In this document: piece by piece, positions 61,267-64,000 of the stretch
How the letters are laid out: every line of letters starts with the position of its first letter
How positions within the stretch are numbered: position 1 is the stretch's first letter
Assembly: GCA_016932575.1 (NCBI GenBank)
Contig: JAFGCO010000063.1
Span: forward strand, 5,901 to 69,900
Source of the DNA: a bacterium
GTDB taxonomy: Bacteria > Zhuqueibacterota > QNDG01 > JAFGCO01
DNA: 64,000 nt
Direction of reading: 5' to 3'
Notes under the pieces: model-generated
Told to the model about the DNA's origin: nothing
The model's input: only the letters and a program-made list of their open reading frames with translations
Database searches by the model: none
Program-made: the position numbers and the translations under genes

Positions 61267-62241
61267 ATGATTAATCGAAAAAAGATACTCGTCAGTTTGA
61301 TCGTTTTATTCACCATTCAGGGCATGGCGACTGATATTGGCAGAGGCGGTATGGCAGGCAGTTTTTTACGCATGGGGATCGGAGCACGTATGCTGGGTAT
61401 GGGGGGTGGCTCTGCTGCCTTGACCGACGATGGTCATACTTTGTATTACAATCCTGCTGGCCTGGTCTTTCTGCAGGATCGCTGGATCACCCTGGCACTG
61501 CATAATATGGCGCTGGACCGCCATCTGATGTTTTTAGGATACGCTCAGTCTATCGGTCGTGAAGAACAGTCAAAACGCGGTATGCTGCGCGGTGGATTTG
61601 GCCTGGGATGGCTTTCGGCTGGTGTAAATGACATAGACCAACGGGATGAAAACGGAACACACCAAGGGACACTGTCGCACGGAGAGCACTGTTTTTATTT
61701 TTCATTTGCCGTGAATCCACATTCCAGATTTTCAGTCGGATTAAGCGGAAAACTTCTTTACAGCCGTTTTCCGGATATTGCAAAAAAAGGGGGAGCGTTT
61801 TCGTCCGCGGGATTTGGCTTTGATTTTGGAGTGGTTTTTCGTCCGTTAAGTACAGTGACTTTCGGCGCCGCCCTGCGTGATGTGAGGACCAGATTGACAT
61901 GGAATTCGCAGGAAGTGTATGATCAGGGGATTCAGGTGACGGATTATTTTCCGAAAGTGATGCAACTGGGCCTGGCCTGGCGCGGATTGTCAGAAAAAAT
62001 GATACTGCATGCAGATTATCAAAAAATTGAAGACATGCCGGGTATTGTATTATCCGGTATGGAATATACAATTTTGTCTCAATTTTTTCTTCGAATGGGC
62101 ATAGATGACAAAGAACCCGCCTTTGGTTTGGGTTGTTGCGGGGAAGTGTTTTCAAAAGGATTCAGGCTGGACTATGCTTATGTTTCGGACCCTGTCGCAC
62201 CAAGAAACAATCACGTAATGACCTGTGCGTTTTATTTTTAA
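61267..62241 (+). CDS. PorV/PorQ-like outer-membrane beta-barrel
   Basis: FLRMGIGARMLGMG, YYNPAGL, GFDFG, RLDYAY, terminal F. Confidence 0.82.
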   Translation: MINRKKILVSLIVLFTIQGMATDIGRGGMAGSFLRMGIGARMLGMGGGSAALTDDGHTLYYNPAGLVFLQDRWITLALHNMALDRHLMFLGYAQSIGREEQSKRGMLRGGFGLGWLSAGVNDIDQRDENGTHQGTLSHGEHCFYFSFAVNPHSRFSVGLSGKLLYSRFPDIAKKGGAFSSAGFGFDFGVVFRPLSTVTFGAALRDVRTRLTWNSQEVYDQGIQVTDYFPKVMQLGLAWRGLSEKMILHADYQKIEDMPGIVLSGMEYTILSQFFLRMGIDDKEPAFGLGCCGEVFSKGFRLDYAYVSDPVAPRNNHVMTCAFYF

Positions 62242-62322
62242 TATATTCGTCCTTGCATTCCGTTTTCAATTGAGCGAACACGATATTTGAAAGTTTTTAT
62301 CATAATTCAACAGAGAGATCCC

Positions 62323-63204
62323 ATGAAAACAAATCGACAAATTTTTATTGCATTGTTATTCACTGTTGCTCAGCTTTCGGCAAGTGGATTTGCCACATTG
62401 AAAATGGGAAGTGATGCTAAGACTGGTGGTATGGGCATGGCTGCCACCGCTTTGGCCGGAGATGGATCAGCAACGTTTTATAATCCTGCATCTGCCGGCA
62501 TGGTTCGTGGTCACGATCTGGTACTATCCCTTCATCAATGGATGGATGACCTGCAAAGTGAGTTTGCCGGTTTGGTGATTGGAAGCGGAAATCAGGGTGT
62601 GGGATTATATGTTTTGTTTACTGAAATTGGTCAATTGGAACATCGATTGGTTCCATCAGAGACTCCACTTGGAACATTTTCAGCACATGAAATGTGCATC
62701 GCTTTATCGTACGGACGACGGATTGCATCAAATTTACGAATCGGTCTGTCCTTCAAGGGATATTATGAGAAAATTTTTATTGATGATACATGGGGGCTCG
62801 GTGGTGATATAGGTATTTTATACGATATACCGTTTTACAGTCTTCGAATCGGAGGTGTACTGCAAAACATGGGTGACACCGGACGATTTAATCATCAATC
62901 AATCCCGCTTCCACTGACAGGAAGACTGGGTTTTTTCCTTCCGGTCTCCCTTTACGGTGGATCTTGGATTATCACACTGGATGGAGTGAAGGAAGAAGGA
63001 TTCCCCGTACATGTCCACACCGGAACAGAATATTGCTGGCGTAAAACAATTGCTCTGCGCTTGGGTATGCAGACCGGATATGAAACAAGGAGTATATCAG
63101 GCGGTTTTGGAATTATTTATCATCGGTTCCGTCTGGATTACAGTCTGATGCCCCTTTCCATGTTGGGTGACAGCCATCGATTGTCACTTGGTATATCATG
63201 GTAA
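62323..63204 (+). CDS. PorV/PorQ-like outer-membrane beta-barrel
   Basis: DAKTGGMG, FYNPAS, GDIG, RLDYS, SHRLSLGISW. Confidence 0.82.
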   Translation: MKTNRQIFIALLFTVAQLSASGFATLKMGSDAKTGGMGMAATALAGDGSATFYNPASAGMVRGHDLVLSLHQWMDDLQSEFAGLVIGSGNQGVGLYVLFTEIGQLEHRLVPSETPLGTFSAHEMCIALSYGRRIASNLRIGLSFKGYYEKIFIDDTWGLGGDIGILYDIPFYSLRIGGVLQNMGDTGRFNHQSIPLPLTGRLGFFLPVSLYGGSWIITLDGVKEEGFPVHVHTGTEYCWRKTIALRLGMQTGYETRSISGGFGIIYHRFRLDYSLMPLSMLGDSHRLSLGISW

Positions 63205-63295
63205 AAGATATACAGAAACGGTTTCCAGGATTCCGCATTTTTTTATTAGACAGAATAATAGAAAGTCATCCATATTCAATAAGTTGAGGTAGGAT

Positions 63296-64000
63296 GTGAA
63301 AATTTATCTGGCCATTGGCATCCATAATCATCAGCCGGTCGGCAATTTTGATTTTGTCCTCGAGGAAGCCTATGAAAAATCTTATCTGCCATTTTTCGAG
63401 CTTATTGAAAAGTATCCCAACATTCGTTTGGCCATGCATTTTTCGGGCATTCTCCTGGAATGGATTGAAAAACATCATCCCGATTACATTGAGCGTATGA
63501 AAGCACGTGTTCATGCCGGTCAAATTGAGATGATGACAGGTGGCTATTACGAACCAATTTTATCAGTTATTCCTGAAAATGATTGTCAGGGGCAGATTGA
63601 AAAGTTGACTGCATATATAAAGAAAAAAACAGGTGATACACCACAGGGGCTTTGGTGCGCTGAACGTATCTGGGAGCCTCAACTGGCAGGTCGCCTTGCA
63701 AAAGCCGGTGTAGAATATTCAATTCTTGATGATACACATTTTAAATGTGCCGGATTGAGAGATGAACAGCTCTATGGCTATTTTATCACAGAGGAACTGG
63801 GAGCACCTCTGCGTCTTTTTCCAATCAGTGCAAAACTCAGATACACGATTCCTTTTCAGGATCCGTATGTTACCATTGATTATTGCCGGCATGTGGCTGA
63901 GACCAGGGATAATTTACTATTGGTTTTCGCTGATGATGGAGAAAAATTCGGAGTCTGGCCAAATACTTATGATCATGTTTTTACGAATGGCTGGCTTGAA
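63296..64000 (+). CDS. GH57 alpha-amylase/4-alpha-glucanotransferase, 5' part (absent from the ORF track)
   Basis: GTG start; IHNHQPVGN, GGYYEPIL, WCAERIWEP, DDGEKFGVWP; open to the window end. Confidence 0.92.
   Translation, partial: MKIYLAIGIHNHQPVGNFDFVLEEAYEKSYLPFFELIEKYPNIRLAMHFSGILLEWIEKHHPDYIERMKARVHAGQIEMMTGGYYEPILSVIPENDCQGQIEKLTAYIKKKTGDTPQGLWCAERIWEPQLAGRLAKAGVEYSILDDTHFKCAGLRDEQLYGYFITEELGAPLRLFPISAKLRYTIPFQDPYVTIDYCRHVAETRDNLLLVFADDGEKFGVWPNTYDHVFTNGWLE

Noticed and set aside
63214-63226. LacI-type operator before the GH57 gene
   Set aside because: gaaacggtttcc is only a partial match, with no regulator or clear promoter to support it.

Overview
Gene-dense bacterial window, mostly + strand. 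The C-terminal 'YPNPFN...FlgD-Ig' secretion tails and the PorV/PorQ-like pair suggest an FCB-group organism such as KSB1/Calditrichota; this is an inference. Blocks: (1) 1-4 kb, secreted proteins, one with cohesin-dockerin-cohesin modules. (2) 4.7-19.4 kb, a DUF4384-like gene plus four signal-peptide WD40 propeller genes, three fused to caspase-like (C14) proteases. In at least two genes the propeller DNA is AT-rich and the protease end GC-richer, and the spacers are full of REP-like palindromes. (3) 21.8-31.9 kb, a sigma54 activator, a -24/-12 promoter with three candidate enhancer sites, an unannotated 52-aa acidic peptide, two Ddl-like ATP-grasps, a GNAT, lysine 2,3-aminomutase, a GNAT-deacetylase fusion, a third ATP-grasp and a Ca/Na antiporter. 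(4) 32.2-46.2 kb, a PPTase and a two-module NRPS (C-A-T-E, C-A-T-R) followed by TonB receptor-YfiR-histidine kinase. (5) 46-64 kb, mostly core genes (ccsBA, ECF sigma, acpS, nnr, a degenerate pdxJ, PorV-like pair, GH57). No rRNA, tRNA, CRISPR array or intact transposase was seen. All calls come from motif reading by eye; no searches were run.
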